Below are positions 37,845 to 48,313 of a stretch of DNA of 64,000 nucleotides, one piece after another (position 1 is the first letter of the stretch; every line of letters starts with the position of its first letter). The notes under the pieces were generated by a model, which saw only the letters and a program-made list of their open reading frames with translations, was not told where the DNA came from and searched no databases. The stretch spans positions 3,840,001 through 3,904,000 of the forward strand of contig OZ223209.1 in the NCBI GenBank assembly GCA_965140415.1, written 5' to 3'. Made by a program: the position numbers and the translations under genes. The stretch is from Myxococcota bacterium. Lineage in GTDB: Bacteria; Myxococcota_A; SURF-8.

Positions 37845-40436
37845 TTAGAATTCGATCTGCACGGAATGCTCTCCCGCAGGCACTTTGACGAAGATCGCCC
37901 CGCCTTTTTCCATCGAATGCAGCCAGCCGCTTTGGGCCTCTTCCAACGCTTCGAAAGTAGCCACTTCCGAAAGCGCCGCATCATCCATGGCGACGCTGGC
38001 CGGTTTGCTTGGCTGCGCCATGACTTCGAACAGCGCACCATACTTGTATTGCTCGCCGTCCTTGTAAGCCAGCGACAGCACCCCCTCATCGGTCAATTCC
38101 TGGCTGAGCACACAACCATCATACAATGTGAATTCGCTTGCCGCACCGGCGACCACACGCGGATACAACACGCCCGGTGTCGTGGCCAGCGAATCGACGT
38201 TTTCTTCCGTAGTAGGTGCGATGGCGTCGATGGTCGGTCGTAATAGCGGTACGATACCGCCAGCCATCAGATACAAGGGAAGCTTGGACAATGGAGCCGC
38301 CACCGTTTCCGTTTTGCCGCCTTCATGCACGCTGCCGTCGAACCAATCCACCCAGCTTCCGGGCGGGAAAATGACGTCCTGCTCGGTTTGGCCTTCGTTC
38401 ACGACCGGAGCAACCAGCAGATAGTCGCCGAACATGTAGATGAAATCGGGATGCTCACCTAGCTCGGGGTACGCCAATCCAAGCGCGCGCTGAATCGGGC
38501 GACCATCCGTAGCCAGATTTTTGGCGTAGGTCCATTCATAAGGGAACAAGCGCAGATGCAGGCGCGTATATTCGCGGTACCAGCCCAGCATCTCGTCATC
38601 GAAGCCGTTGTCAGAGTCATACTCCCAGGCAACGTCGTTGCTGCTGGTGCCGATCTGCATGACCGAAGAGAGCGCCGTGTGCTGGAACCAGCGCGTGAAG
38701 GTTTCCTTATTTGGCGGCGAATGGCGATAGCCGCCGGTATCCGAACCGAAGAACGGGAAACCGCTAGGGCCAAGGCTGACCGAACAGATCACGGCGGAAG
38801 GCAAACCGCCCACCGCGCCGTATTCCTCTCCATCTCTACCGGTAACCCTGTCAAAATGATGCGACAAGTCCGCGTCCAGATCGCCCGGCCAGATAACGTT
38901 CACGTTTTTCTGATCGCCGTAGGTTCCACCGCGAGCGATGATGAAGCTTCCTTCCACAGGAAAGAGTTCGGCATAAACTTTGTGATAAAGCAGTTGGTAC
39001 ATCGAATGCATCGTGCGCTCGTCGGAACCGTCGTAGAATTCCCAGATATTACGCGCGCCGAAAATACCCGGCACGACATCTTCGCCGTAATCGAGCTTGA
39101 AACCTTCGATCCCCATATCCACGTACTTCTGAATCTGGCTCTGCCACCAGGCGTAGGCGTCCGGGTTGGTCAGATCGACAGGCAAGCTCCACTTGTTCAA
39201 CGGGATACCGGACTGCGGCGGGAAATATCCGTGTTCGGTAGCATAGTCATTCAAGACCTTGGCCGCATCCGTTGGAGATTCCTTCGTCGAAACGTATGGC
39301 GTATGCCAGAGCGCCAATCGGAAGCCGTAAGCGTGAATCTTTTCGATCATAGCACCCGGGTCCGGGAATTGGGACGGCAGAAAATCGAAGGAGTTCACCG
39401 CGCTGGCATAGGGACGATCGATCCAGATGGCAGTGGTCGCCAGATCCAGTTCCCGTATGGTTTCGATGTCGTTTTCCACTTCAGCCTGATCGCGGTTTTC
39501 ATCGCGCCAGATCCAAGGGCCCAGCGCCCACGGCGCAGGCAAGGACGGCGCGCCGGTGACTTCGTAATAGTGATGCGTCACATCCAGTGGATGCTCGGCG
39601 GCGAAAAGGTGGAAGACCAGGCCATCCATCGTTCCCACGCCGGTACCATAGGTCACGACAAGTTGGTCATCCTGTTCGGTGGCACATTCGAAAGTCGCCG
39701 GGTAAGGATTTTCCACAAACAGCCCCCAGCCGGTAGTTCCCGTTACGAAAGGAACCGGAACGTGGGCCTCGTTGTAACCGCTTTCCAAGGCCAGGTTGGC
39801 TTCGATCTGCATGGCGCGGACCTTGCCGCGACTGTTCACCGAATCCATCAACTCACCCAGTCCATAAAAGCCTTCCTGAGCGTCCACCGTAGGCTGCAAG
39901 CGATAATAGGCGATATCCGGACCGCCCTCTTTCGGCAGTATTTCCAGACGATAACTACCGTTATCGGCACGAGTTACCGTTAAACTGGCCTGCTTGCCCT
40001 CTTCAAACGTCAGGCCGTATTCCACGCTGTCCGTTTCGGATTTCTGCAATTCAATGGCGGTCAAACTCAACCAACGCAGATTTTCCGGTGGTGTATAGGT
40101 AGTTTCGCCGATTACCAGCGGCCATGGATCGTAGTTGCCATTAAGATCCAGTTTCTGCACGGCCCCCAGTTGCAAGCCCGCAGCCGGGAAATTCAACAGC
40201 ACCTCATCGTTACGAGAGAGCGAGAACGTCAGGGCTTCGCTATCCACATCCAACAGGTACCCTCCGCCGGATAAAGGTCCTCCGTCATCTGTTTCTCCCT
40301 GCTCTGAAAGATCGCTGTCGCCATCGGGTGTTGAATCCGAGTCGCTATCGTCGCTACAACTATAGAGCAGCGTAAAGCAGCATAAGACACTCCACAACAG
40401 CAGGTTTCGTTTGCTTCTCAACCAGGAAATACTCAT
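37845..40436 (-). CDS. GH31 glycoside hydrolase lipoprotein
   Basis: LLYSC lipobox. YGLGE, IWID, GFKLDYGE (nucleophile), WPGD (acid/base), GSDTGG and YMFGDYLLVAPV. Confidence 0.9.
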   Translation of the reverse strand: MSISWLRSKRNLLLWSVLCCFTLLYSCSDDSDSDSTPDGDSDLSEQGETDDGGPLSGGGYLLDVDSEALTFSLSRNDEVLLNFPAAGLQLGAVQKLDLNGNYDPWPLVIGETTYTPPENLRWLSLTAIELQKSETDSVEYGLTFEEGKQASLTVTRADNGSYRLEILPKEGGPDIAYYRLQPTVDAQEGFYGLGELMDSVNSRGKVRAMQIEANLALESGYNEAHVPVPFVTGTTGWGLFVENPYPATFECATEQDDQLVVTYGTGVGTMDGLVFHLFAAEHPLDVTHHYYEVTGAPSLPAPWALGPWIWRDENRDQAEVENDIETIRELDLATTAIWIDRPYASAVNSFDFLPSQFPDPGAMIEKIHAYGFRLALWHTPYVSTKESPTDAAKVLNDYATEHGYFPPQSGIPLNKWSLPVDLTNPDAYAWWQSQIQKYVDMGIEGFKLDYGEDVVPGIFGARNIWEFYDGSDERTMHSMYQLLYHKVYAELFPVEGSFIIARGGTYGDQKNVNVIWPGDLDADLSHHFDRVTGRDGEEYGAVGGLPSAVICSVSLGPSGFPFFGSDTGGYRHSPPNKETFTRWFQHTALSSVMQIGTSSNDVAWEYDSDNGFDDEMLGWYREYTRLHLRLFPYEWTYAKNLATDGRPIQRALGLAYPELGEHPDFIYMFGDYLLVAPVVNEGQTEQDVIFPPGSWVDWFDGSVHEGGKTETVAAPLSKLPLYLMAGGIVPLLRPTIDAIAPTTEENVDSLATTPGVLYPRVVAGAASEFTLYDGCVLSQELTDEGVLSLAYKDGEQYKYGALFEVMAQPSKPASVAMDDAALSEVATFEALEEAQSGWLHSMEKGGAIFVKVPAGEHSVQIEF

Positions 40437-40782
40437 ACCACTCTCCTTTATTACTCATTCTCCGAACGAATCGAGCTTTTAGTCTTATTGTGCAGGCGTA
40501 TTCGGAGCGGTTCATTGCTCCGGAATTCGCGAGTCAGTTTAATGGCTTCCCGGCCATCTGTCCAGTGTTTGCACGTCGAGTGTTCATGATTCGGATTCCA
40601 TTTAAAAAAACGATGCTTCACAGACGAGACAGAAATATTGCAAAGTTGAATAGCGAACGGAAGCTTTCTGCCCATTCATGCTCAACCTGATTTTTCTTTC
40701 ATTCCAAGATTTCGATTGCTATACTTCATTCACAATCCCACTCGCCAGGACCGGGGAGACTTGCACTTGCAGGAGAGGTTTC

Positions 40783-41700
40783 ATGATTTCCCATTGCAAT
40801 GCCGATCTGTCATTTCGCGTGAGTATCTTGCGCTATTGCGGCGCATTCTTGTTGCTGACACCTTTATTGCTGGGAATGCTCGTCGCCTGCAACGACTCCG
40901 AGAAAGAACTGCCGGATTACTTGAATGAAGACGGTAGCTGCAAATACTACAACAACGTCGATTTCCCCTGTGAGGTAGAAGGTCTGGCCTGTAACGGCTG
41001 CAAAATCGTGGAATACGAGAGCACCTGTTACGGTGGTGGCCCAGACGACCCCGATCATCCCTGTACCACGGGTTGTACCTGCGATGGCAGTAGCCTTGTG
41101 GAAGATTGCTGCGAGCAGGATCTAACTTGCGTGGACGATGAAACGGGAGTGCACTGCGGCATCCGAACGGATTCGGATGGCGATGAGAAACCACACATCT
41201 CGCTTAACGACGCCTGCGAACAAGCTCCCGTTTTGGGTTGTAATGACCATATCTCCGGTGACATAAATGACGGATACAACCATTTTTCGTATTACCGCCC
41301 CTGTAGCACGGCAAACGCAATCGGAACGGAATTGATCTACAGTTTTACCGTCGATCAGGATCTCGACGTGCAAGTGACTCTCTCCACGGGGTCAAGCTCG
41401 AAACTGTTGTACCTGCTGAGCCAATGTTCCAATGAGAGTTGCCTGGAATACGATTCCGCCTTGAGCAGATCGGCAGCCAGAATCGATTTTCAAGCAATTG
41501 CAGAAAAAACGTATTGGATCGTTGTCGATACCTACGAAGGCGGAGCCGGCCCGTTTGAACTGGATATTCATTGTCCAGGCATTGTCTCTGATGGCGATCT
41601 GGATACCATCGATAGAGAGTTTGAACCGGATGCGCCGGAAGCAGACGCCGAAACGGATCTCACGGAAAACGAATCCGAAGCCCACGAAAGCGCCGACTGA
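40783..41700 (+). CDS. Cys-rich lipoprotein with a PPC-like beta domain
   Basis: MLVAC lipobox. GTELIYSF...YWIVVD.Y.G..G.F.L pattern. AGGAG RBS. Confidence 0.7.
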   Translation: MISHCNADLSFRVSILRYCGAFLLLTPLLLGMLVACNDSEKELPDYLNEDGSCKYYNNVDFPCEVEGLACNGCKIVEYESTCYGGGPDDPDHPCTTGCTCDGSSLVEDCCEQDLTCVDDETGVHCGIRTDSDGDEKPHISLNDACEQAPVLGCNDHISGDINDGYNHFSYYRPCSTANAIGTELIYSFTVDQDLDVQVTLSTGSSSKLLYLLSQCSNESCLEYDSALSRSAARIDFQAIAEKTYWIVVDTYEGGAGPFELDIHCPGIVSDGDLDTIDREFEPDAPEADAETDLTENESEAHESAD

Positions 41701-41738
41701 CAAACCGCCCTCCCCTACCCGGACTCTTTCTTAGCCTG

Positions 41739-43289
41739 TTACCCGTTTCCGGCTTGTCGTTGCGAAACGAAATCGTGGAAGTGCCGATACTGAGCGAGCA
41801 GTGTGAAACAGCGCTTGATCAGTTTGGGATTGTCCATCACCGCCAGGCGCATCACACGCAAGAACATGCGCCTTACGTTCGGATTGCGATTGAAAAGGAA
41901 ATGCCCGAAAAGCGGCCCGATACGCGCGAACTGCGACCAGTCCACTTTCTTAACAGGATATTTATCCGTAAAATAGTCCACCTGCATGAGCCAGTTCATT
42001 AAACGCGGGCCGAAGTCCTGCGGTTCATACAATTTACAGAACAGGTTCCAATACTTTTGTACTAACACGTCGCGCGTCATCTGTAGCGGAACGATATTGG
42101 TCTCCAATTGCCATTCGCCGGAAAAGTTGTCCTCTACCAGTCGCCCGGCTTCTTTAAGACGTTGGTGCAGCGGCGTCTTTTTCGGGGCATTCAACAGGCT
42201 GATACCCGCAATCGGACTGTCCGTTTCGGAGAGGAAGGAATAGAGCTCGTCGAACACGCTTTCATCATCGTGATCGAAGCCGACGATCAAGCCGATAAAG
42301 GGAACGATGCCATACTTGGAAATCGCCCGAATTCGCTGGCGGATATCTTTATTGGCGTTCTGGCCCTTGTGTACTTCATCCAGGCTATCCTTGCGCACCG
42401 TTTCCACCCCAAGAAACAGCACGGAAAAGCGCGCGTCGGCGAACTTTTTCAAAAGCGCGTCATCATCCGCCACCTGCACCGTGATCTGGGTGGAAAACGA
42501 CAGCGGGTGTGCCTGTTTGCCGTTCCATTCGATCAGGCGCTCCAGCAGTTCGTTGGTGTAGGCGGGTTTCCCGTAGAAATTATCGTCGGAAAAGAAGACC
42601 GACTTCGCCCCGATACGATGTGCCCTGCGCACCTCCTCCATCACCGCGTCGATCGGCTTGGTGCGACAGCCTCTGCCCACATACTGCACCACATCGCAAA
42701 AATCGCAGCGATTCGGGCAGCCGCGCCCGGTCTGCACACTGATATTCAAATAGTCCCCGCTGTCGATCAGCGACCAATCGGGAGCGGGACTGTCCTTCAT
42801 GTCTATATACTTCGCCTGACGATATTCGGGGCTAGCTTTTCCCCGTACCCATTCTTGCAGGAACTGCGGCCAGGTATACTCGGCTTCACCGACAAACAGA
42901 AAATCCGCCAGCCCTTCGCATTCTTCGGGAAGTATGCTTGCGTAGGTGCCTCCCAGCGCCACCGGAACGCCCCGTTCTTTGAATTTGCGACAGATTTCCC
43001 GAATCCGAGGCGCGTGCAAGGTGCCGCCCGTTACCGCCGCCAGATCACAGGGTGTTGTAAAATCGAGCGTAGACACATTCTCGTCGCACAGGATGTATTC
43101 CACACAGATTTCCGGCGGAGTCAAGGCCATCAGGGTTGCCAAGGCGTTATTGGGCATCAGGGTTTTTGCGCCGAACAGGTCCACCGTTCCCTGCATCGAC
43201 CAGAAATTTTCCGGGTGCTTGGGAGCGATTAAATAGACTTTGCGCGCATGATCTCTACCACCGTAGAGCTTGCTTCTACTGGGTTGCAT
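41739..43289 (-). CDS. B12-binding radical SAM enzyme (HpnP/DUF4070-like architecture)
   Basis: N-terminal cobalamin-binding region (GGTYAS, GEAE), RGCPNRCDFC, FFSDDNF, GVET and GFDHD. Confidence 0.9.
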   Translation of the reverse strand: MQPSRSKLYGGRDHARKVYLIAPKHPENFWSMQGTVDLFGAKTLMPNNALATLMALTPPEICVEYILCDENVSTLDFTTPCDLAAVTGGTLHAPRIREICRKFKERGVPVALGGTYASILPEECEGLADFLFVGEAEYTWPQFLQEWVRGKASPEYRQAKYIDMKDSPAPDWSLIDSGDYLNISVQTGRGCPNRCDFCDVVQYVGRGCRTKPIDAVMEEVRRAHRIGAKSVFFSDDNFYGKPAYTNELLERLIEWNGKQAHPLSFSTQITVQVADDDALLKKFADARFSVLFLGVETVRKDSLDEVHKGQNANKDIRQRIRAISKYGIVPFIGLIVGFDHDDESVFDELYSFLSETDSPIAGISLLNAPKKTPLHQRLKEAGRLVEDNFSGEWQLETNIVPLQMTRDVLVQKYWNLFCKLYEPQDFGPRLMNWLMQVDYFTDKYPVKKVDWSQFARIGPLFGHFLFNRNPNVRRMFLRVMRLAVMDNPKLIKRCFTLLAQYRHFHDFVSQRQAGNG

Positions 43290-43527
43290 TCCGTTCTCCA
43301 ACTAGTCGATGTCGTTTCCGAATCGATCATGCGACATCGGGAGAAAGGTGTCAACTTTTCAGGAATGATTGTTTGACCGGAAACAACTGCAACGACTTTA
43401 CTTTATAGTCGCTTCAACTCCACTTCCAACACACGAGCCTCCTCTACGAAATCCCCTGTAACAAGAGAATATGTGACATAGATATTGCGTCCCTTGCTCG
43501 CGCTGGTATTCAGCATGCGCTAGCGCA

Positions 43528-45648
43528 TCAATACTCCCCGTAAGGATAAGGAGTTGGAGCATGACAGTACGGCTCTCCACCAGCTTCCCAGTCGTAATAA
43601 CACTGACAGGCAGCGACGAGCACGATTTCATTTTCTCCATTGCAGGTATAGATTCCGATAACCGGATATAAGGTCGGGTTACCATCGTCATCCAAAAGGA
43701 CATCATCCATGCACCACTGCTCACCCTGGTTGTATCCGTCGCGATAACCTGCGGTACAATTCTGAACCGGCAGTACCGTTCCGCTCCAATCGTCGTGTTC
43801 GCAGGAAGCGGAGCAATCCGCCGCAGCCTCTCCGCAACGATCCCAGGTGAGAGGATTGCCATCGTCGCAGGAGCGCACTTCTTCGAACACGGAGCGCCCC
43901 GGGCGGGCTTCGGCACAAACCTGCTCGACTCTGTACAACGGATTACACATCACCACTCCGGTTTGCACTTCCCGACAGGCATTGATACCGGCAGGCGTAT
44001 AGCAGGTGCCTTCAGAGTAGTCCGGCCCATCGCCATCTGGCGTAACAGCCGTGCCCGGCTGAACCTGAACGGTGATCGCTCCCATCAATTGTCCAAGCTG
44101 ATCGCCGGAAACGTAGACAGTCACCCGGAACGTTCCAGCTTCGGTATAGGTATGATCTGGATAGGACAACGCGCTCTCTTCGTAGCCGCCATCACCGAAA
44201 TGCCAGGCATAGGTCAACGCTTCATTACTCGGATTCTCCACGGTGGCCTGGAAGGTAACGATCAAAGGAGCTTCTCCGCTGGCCGGAGATGCCGTGACGG
44301 TTACGGCTGGAGGATCGACAAGCACGGGATCGAACAACAGGCTATCGTTGAACAGTGGATTATCTTCCGATAAAATACCCTGGCTGCTGACATGCTCCAT
44401 CGACGAATCGGGATTTTCAGCATCCGTATTCCAACTCAAGTCATCCTTTGTGGCATCTGGCAAATCCCAAAGATCCGCCATGTTGACCGCATCAAGAACG
44501 AAATCGTCATCACTGGTAGGCTCGTCCACGAAACTGAAGCCCGAATTGTCCGAATTGGGAACGACAAGTTGGCTCTTCGGCAGTTGATAGTCGCCGGGTA
44601 GCAGTAAGTCGTCCAACACCTCCTGGCGCTGTTTATGCTGGGCCTCTGAGGTCGTTTTCTTCGGCGTACTGGAAACCTCCACAGTGTCGGAATTACCGTT
44701 GATATTGAAGTAGAGATCCGTTCCATCGTTCACCGGGCCGACTAGCGCCACAATGGAACCGACATCCTTTCCTCCCACTGCTTTTGGAATCAGCAAATAA
44801 CTGACGACTTTGTTGGCTTTGAATATTTTATCGATGACCGGTGGTTTTTCATCGGTGCCGATAGCCGCATTAACGACATTGACGCCGCTCTCAGCCACGT
44901 TCAGCACGGTATTCACTCCTTCTACGACCTGTACGGTTTTTTGCAGCGTGGTCAACGTTCCCGCAGCACCGGCACCACCGGTGGCAACAGTCACCAGCAC
45001 ACCTTCCGCAGTAACGGCTGTATCGCGAATGGCTTTGCAATTTCGCACAGCCTTTTCGTATTGCTGATCCACCGTCACATATCCGGCTGTTTCGATTTCG
45101 TAGGTGACCTGTTGCATCATCATTCGCAGACGCGTCATGGAAACACCGGTACGTCTGGCGATATCGGATAGCTTGTATTTCCGGTAGAAAGCGTCGTCGT
45201 TCATGTAGAGATCGATCAAGCGCTTGGCATGATACAGATCGCCGGTGGCGCTCTTTGCCATCAGCTTTCGTCCCATATTGGCTTGCACCAGTGGCAGCAG
45301 GTTCTGTTCTTCCAATTGAATCAAGTAGGCGGCCACGGTGTTAAGATCGTCGATGGCGGTTTGGGCGGCAATAGCTCGCGCCTTGATGACATCCGGGCTG
45401 GTACGGTAGAAATCCGCGAAAAGCGTCGAGTTGATCAGAACAGTCGCCCGATAACTCATTAAGTTAAACAGTTCTACAGTTTCTGCAATTTCTGTTTCCT
45501 GTGCAGCATCGAGCAAACCACTGTAGCGATCCTCAATCGAGATGCTGAAACTCACATCACTATCGGAATCACCGCTGCATCCGGCAACCAGCGTAAAGAA
45601 AAAAGAAACGGCAAGCATGCTCAAGAAGAAGATTCGATGGTGCATCAT
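43528..45648 (-). CDS. Lipoprotein with helical N-domain, PKD domain and Cys-rich tail
   Basis: LVAGC lipobox. SGEAPLIVTF...YAWHFGDG...HTYTEAGTF is a PKD signature. Confidence 0.8.
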   Translation of the reverse strand: MMHHRIFFLSMLAVSFFFTLVAGCSGDSDSDVSFSISIEDRYSGLLDAAQETEIAETVELFNLMSYRATVLINSTLFADFYRTSPDVIKARAIAAQTAIDDLNTVAAYLIQLEEQNLLPLVQANMGRKLMAKSATGDLYHAKRLIDLYMNDDAFYRKYKLSDIARRTGVSMTRLRMMMQQVTYEIETAGYVTVDQQYEKAVRNCKAIRDTAVTAEGVLVTVATGGAGAAGTLTTLQKTVQVVEGVNTVLNVAESGVNVVNAAIGTDEKPPVIDKIFKANKVVSYLLIPKAVGGKDVGSIVALVGPVNDGTDLYFNINGNSDTVEVSSTPKKTTSEAQHKQRQEVLDDLLLPGDYQLPKSQLVVPNSDNSGFSFVDEPTSDDDFVLDAVNMADLWDLPDATKDDLSWNTDAENPDSSMEHVSSQGILSEDNPLFNDSLLFDPVLVDPPAVTVTASPASGEAPLIVTFQATVENPSNEALTYAWHFGDGGYEESALSYPDHTYTEAGTFRVTVYVSGDQLGQLMGAITVQVQPGTAVTPDGDGPDYSEGTCYTPAGINACREVQTGVVMCNPLYRVEQVCAEARPGRSVFEEVRSCDDGNPLTWDRCGEAAADCSASCEHDDWSGTVLPVQNCTAGYRDGYNQGEQWCMDDVLLDDDGNPTLYPVIGIYTCNGENEIVLVAACQCYYDWEAGGEPYCHAPTPYPYGEY

Positions 45649-45903
45649 GCGAGTTTTCCTTCGAAATGAAATTGAACAATGTTTCATGATAGCCCGAATA
45701 TGGAAATGCGTCAATTTTCCTATTAAATTCGTGGTTTATGTTCGTTCTCAGATTTTACCCTTAGTCAGAATTGCAAAGATGATCAATTCGTTTTCTGTTG
45801 AAATTAGCCGTCGGCTCCTGTATTATTCTCACATCGGAAAAATTGGATGCGATCTGAGGCTTGGGAAGTCATTCGACTCGGCAGAAACCAACAGGGAGGA
45901 ACT

Positions 45904-47088
45904 ATGAAGGCGTTGAAATATCTACAGGTTTTAATTTTATTGCTTGCAATGGCACTGTTTGTCATGGGTTGTGGCGGAGACGACGACAGCACGGACGGCG
46001 ACACCGTAGACGGCGATCAGGAAGAAGACAGCTTACCGGACGGTGACACCGCGGATGGTGACACGGCTGACGGTGACACGGCAGATGGCGATACGACTGA
46101 CGGCGATACGGCTGATGGCGATACCGCTGACGGCGATACGGCTGACGGTGACACGGCGGATGGTGATACGGCTGACGGCGATACGGCTGACGGTGACAGT
46201 CAACCGCAAGAGTCGATCTGGTGCGATCCTGTTACCAACATTTGCTGGCAAGATCCGCCTTCACCGGAGACGATGGCTCAAACCGACATGGTGCAATATT
46301 GCGATGACCTGATCTGGGCCGGTCACCAGTACTGGCGCGCCCCCTGCATCAACGATCTGCGCACCTTGATTTCGGGCTGCAACACCACCGCTACTGGTGG
46401 CGATTGCCCCGTGTCAATCAACTGCCTGGATCTTTCCTGCATCACAGGCGACTGCGCCGGCTGCGTCGGCAATCCCTGTTTCCGTTCCGGCGATTTAAAC
46501 GGGGAATGCGGTTCGTTATGGTCGATGTCCGAAGTCATGGATGATACCACTCAGGCTTTTACCATCGATTTCACGATGGCGGCAATTTCAAACGCCTTAA
46601 AAACGGAAAAAATGCCGGTACGTTGCGTGAAAGTCGATATGGATGGCGACATCGATGTTGATGTAGATGGCGATATGGATACGCCGGATGGAGACACTCC
46701 GGATGGTGATATCGATGCGTTCGATTCCGACATTGATTTTGACGGCGACGCGATGGAAGATGAGATTCCAGAAATCGACTGGGAAGCCGCAGATAGCGAA
46801 GTTCCCGAAATCGACTGGGATGCAGAGCTATTCGAACTTGATATGGAAGGCAGCTATTGCGGTTGTTCCTGTACGCAAAATCCTGATTACTCATACGATT
46901 GCACTGCCGTTCCCTCGGGCACGACCTTTACCGCCACAGGCTGCGATTGGGACGACGGCGAAGCCTGCACCGGTTGGCACAGCATCGTAGAAGCCAACGG
47001 CGGCAACCCGAATGGTCAGTTCCCGGATGGAACGAGCTTTGGCAAATCGGATTGGGGCTGTGACAGCATCACGATTCACTGTCCATAA
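45904..47088 (+). CDS. DUF1566-domain lipoprotein with DGD repeats and Cys-rich C-terminus
   Basis: VMGC lipobox after a GGAGG RBS. WCDPVTNICWQ...YCDDL...WRAPCINDLRTL...VRCV. Confidence 0.8.
   Translation: MKALKYLQVLILLLAMALFVMGCGGDDDSTDGDTVDGDQEEDSLPDGDTADGDTADGDTADGDTTDGDTADGDTADGDTADGDTADGDTADGDTADGDSQPQESIWCDPVTNICWQDPPSPETMAQTDMVQYCDDLIWAGHQYWRAPCINDLRTLISGCNTTATGGDCPVSINCLDLSCITGDCAGCVGNPCFRSGDLNGECGSLWSMSEVMDDTTQAFTIDFTMAAISNALKTEKMPVRCVKVDMDGDIDVDVDGDMDTPDGDTPDGDIDAFDSDIDFDGDAMEDEIPEIDWEAADSEVPEIDWDAELFELDMEGSYCGCSCTQNPDYSYDCTAVPSGTTFTATGCDWDDGEACTGWHSIVEANGGNPNGQFPDGTSFGKSDWGCDSITIHCP
46039..46200 (+). repeat. 11 x 15-bp tandem repeat encoding DGDTA
   Basis: First and last DGD are 150 nt apart. 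Confidence 0.95.
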
Positions 47089-47129
47089 CATCACGTAACG
47101 TGCCGCTTCCGGCACGGAAAGACAACACA

Positions 47130-47164
47130 AAAGGCCACTTCCGCTACATGTGGAAGTGGCCTTT
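47130..47164. terminator. Bidirectional terminator
   Basis: AAAGGCCACTTCC...GGAAGTGGCCTTT between convergent genes. Confidence 0.7.
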
Positions 47165-47205
47165 CTATTCGTATTTTATAGGACAGCATGATACTTCGTG
47201 TTGTT

Positions 47206-47790
47206 TCAACCCACTTTGCGCAGCACCACAGCTCGACTGAAGCGGACCTTGGGCCGGTCCGTAATGTCCAGTCCAGCCCCCTTGGCCAGCTGGATTTCAC
47301 GGTCAAACGCGGCATTGGAAACATGCCCCTTCGGCTCTGCAAGAAAGAAATGCCCGCCCGGCTTCAATAGCGAGCCGATTTCATTAAAAAAGGCGGCCTG
47401 ATCGGGAGTTTCGTGCGCCATCCAAAACGCCACGGCGAAATCAACCGGTCCGCTGGCGCCAATTCGGTCCGATTCGCAACGGTGGAAGTCGATGCGTTCC
47501 AATAGACCGGACTTTTCGGCCCGCTCTTTAACCATCGCCAGCATTTCAGGCTGTAAATCGGCTGAGGTTACCTTTCCGCTCTGCCCGACCAGCTTAGCCA
47601 AACCGATTGAAGCGAAACCACGGCCACAACCGACATCCAGTACCTGCATTCCTTCCTGAACATAAGGCCGGAACATCTTTACCGGATTGTGAATCAAAGG
47701 ACGCAGGAAATTATCGAAAGATTTCACGGATTGCCAGGGGCAAACGTGCGGAGCTTTTTCACCTGACTTTGAAGCTTTGGGATTTGCCAT
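47206..47790 (-). CDS. Class I SAM-dependent methyltransferase
   Basis: VLDVGCGRG, D-LQPEML and LKPGG motifs. Confidence 0.9.
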   Translation of the reverse strand: MANPKASKSGEKAPHVCPWQSVKSFDNFLRPLIHNPVKMFRPYVQEGMQVLDVGCGRGFASIGLAKLVGQSGKVTSADLQPEMLAMVKERAEKSGLLERIDFHRCESDRIGASGPVDFAVAFWMAHETPDQAAFFNEIGSLLKPGGHFFLAEPKGHVSNAAFDREIQLAKGAGLDITDRPKVRFSRAVVLRKVG

Positions 47791-47851
47791 TTTTCTAGCT
47801 TAACCTATCTAGCTTAACCTTCCCCCTGCACAAGACAAGAGAATTATATTT

Positions 47852-48313
47852 TTACTTATGATACACGTGTTTTTCCAGTTTGGTCAGTTCATCGTAATGC
47901 TTTTTCTCGACTTCGGCAAGCTTTGAGAAAAATGCATACGCCATGTCGCTGCCCGCATCTTTCACACGTGCCGCCAGGCCATCATAGAAAGAAAATGCCG
48001 ACTTTTCAGAAGCTTTTGCATATTTGATCGCCTCGCTCAACACGGTCTTTTCTCCCAGCATCAGCGCTGGAAGAGGCGTGAAATCCAGATCCTCCAACGA
48101 AATCCCCAACAGAGATTCATTTTCTGTGGATAATTCTTCTCCAAAAAGGCGCACACGCTCGATGTGATTTTCTTCCTGCTTCTGCATATGACGAAAGAAC
48201 TTCTTCGAGTTCTGATCGGTGACCAGATCATGCAGGAACGAATAAATTTCCACAGCCGCCTTTTCCGATGAAACGGCGTATTCAATGGCATCTTTCAAAG
48301 TTGCAACAATCAT
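47852..48313 (-). CDS. Rubrerythrin/ferritin-like diiron protein
   Basis: Two E...Y...ExxH halves (QEENH, VEKKH). Confidence 0.85.
   Translation of the reverse strand: MIVATLKDAIEYAVSSEKAAVEIYSFLHDLVTDQNSKKFFRHMQKQEENHIERVRLFGEELSTENESLLGISLEDLDFTPLPALMLGEKTVLSEAIKYAKASEKSAFSFYDGLAARVKDAGSDMAYAFFSKLAEVEKKHYDELTKLEKHVYHK

Noticed and set aside
41739-47790. RiPP or other biosynthetic cluster around the B12 radical SAM and the methyltransferase
   Set aside because: No precursor peptide, RRE or SPASM domain, and the genes are not co-operonic.
47794-47820. Direct repeat TCTAGCTTAACCT x2 as a DtxR box
   Set aside because: It is a tandem duplication rather than the 19-bp palindrome, and it is not upstream of the metal ABC operon.
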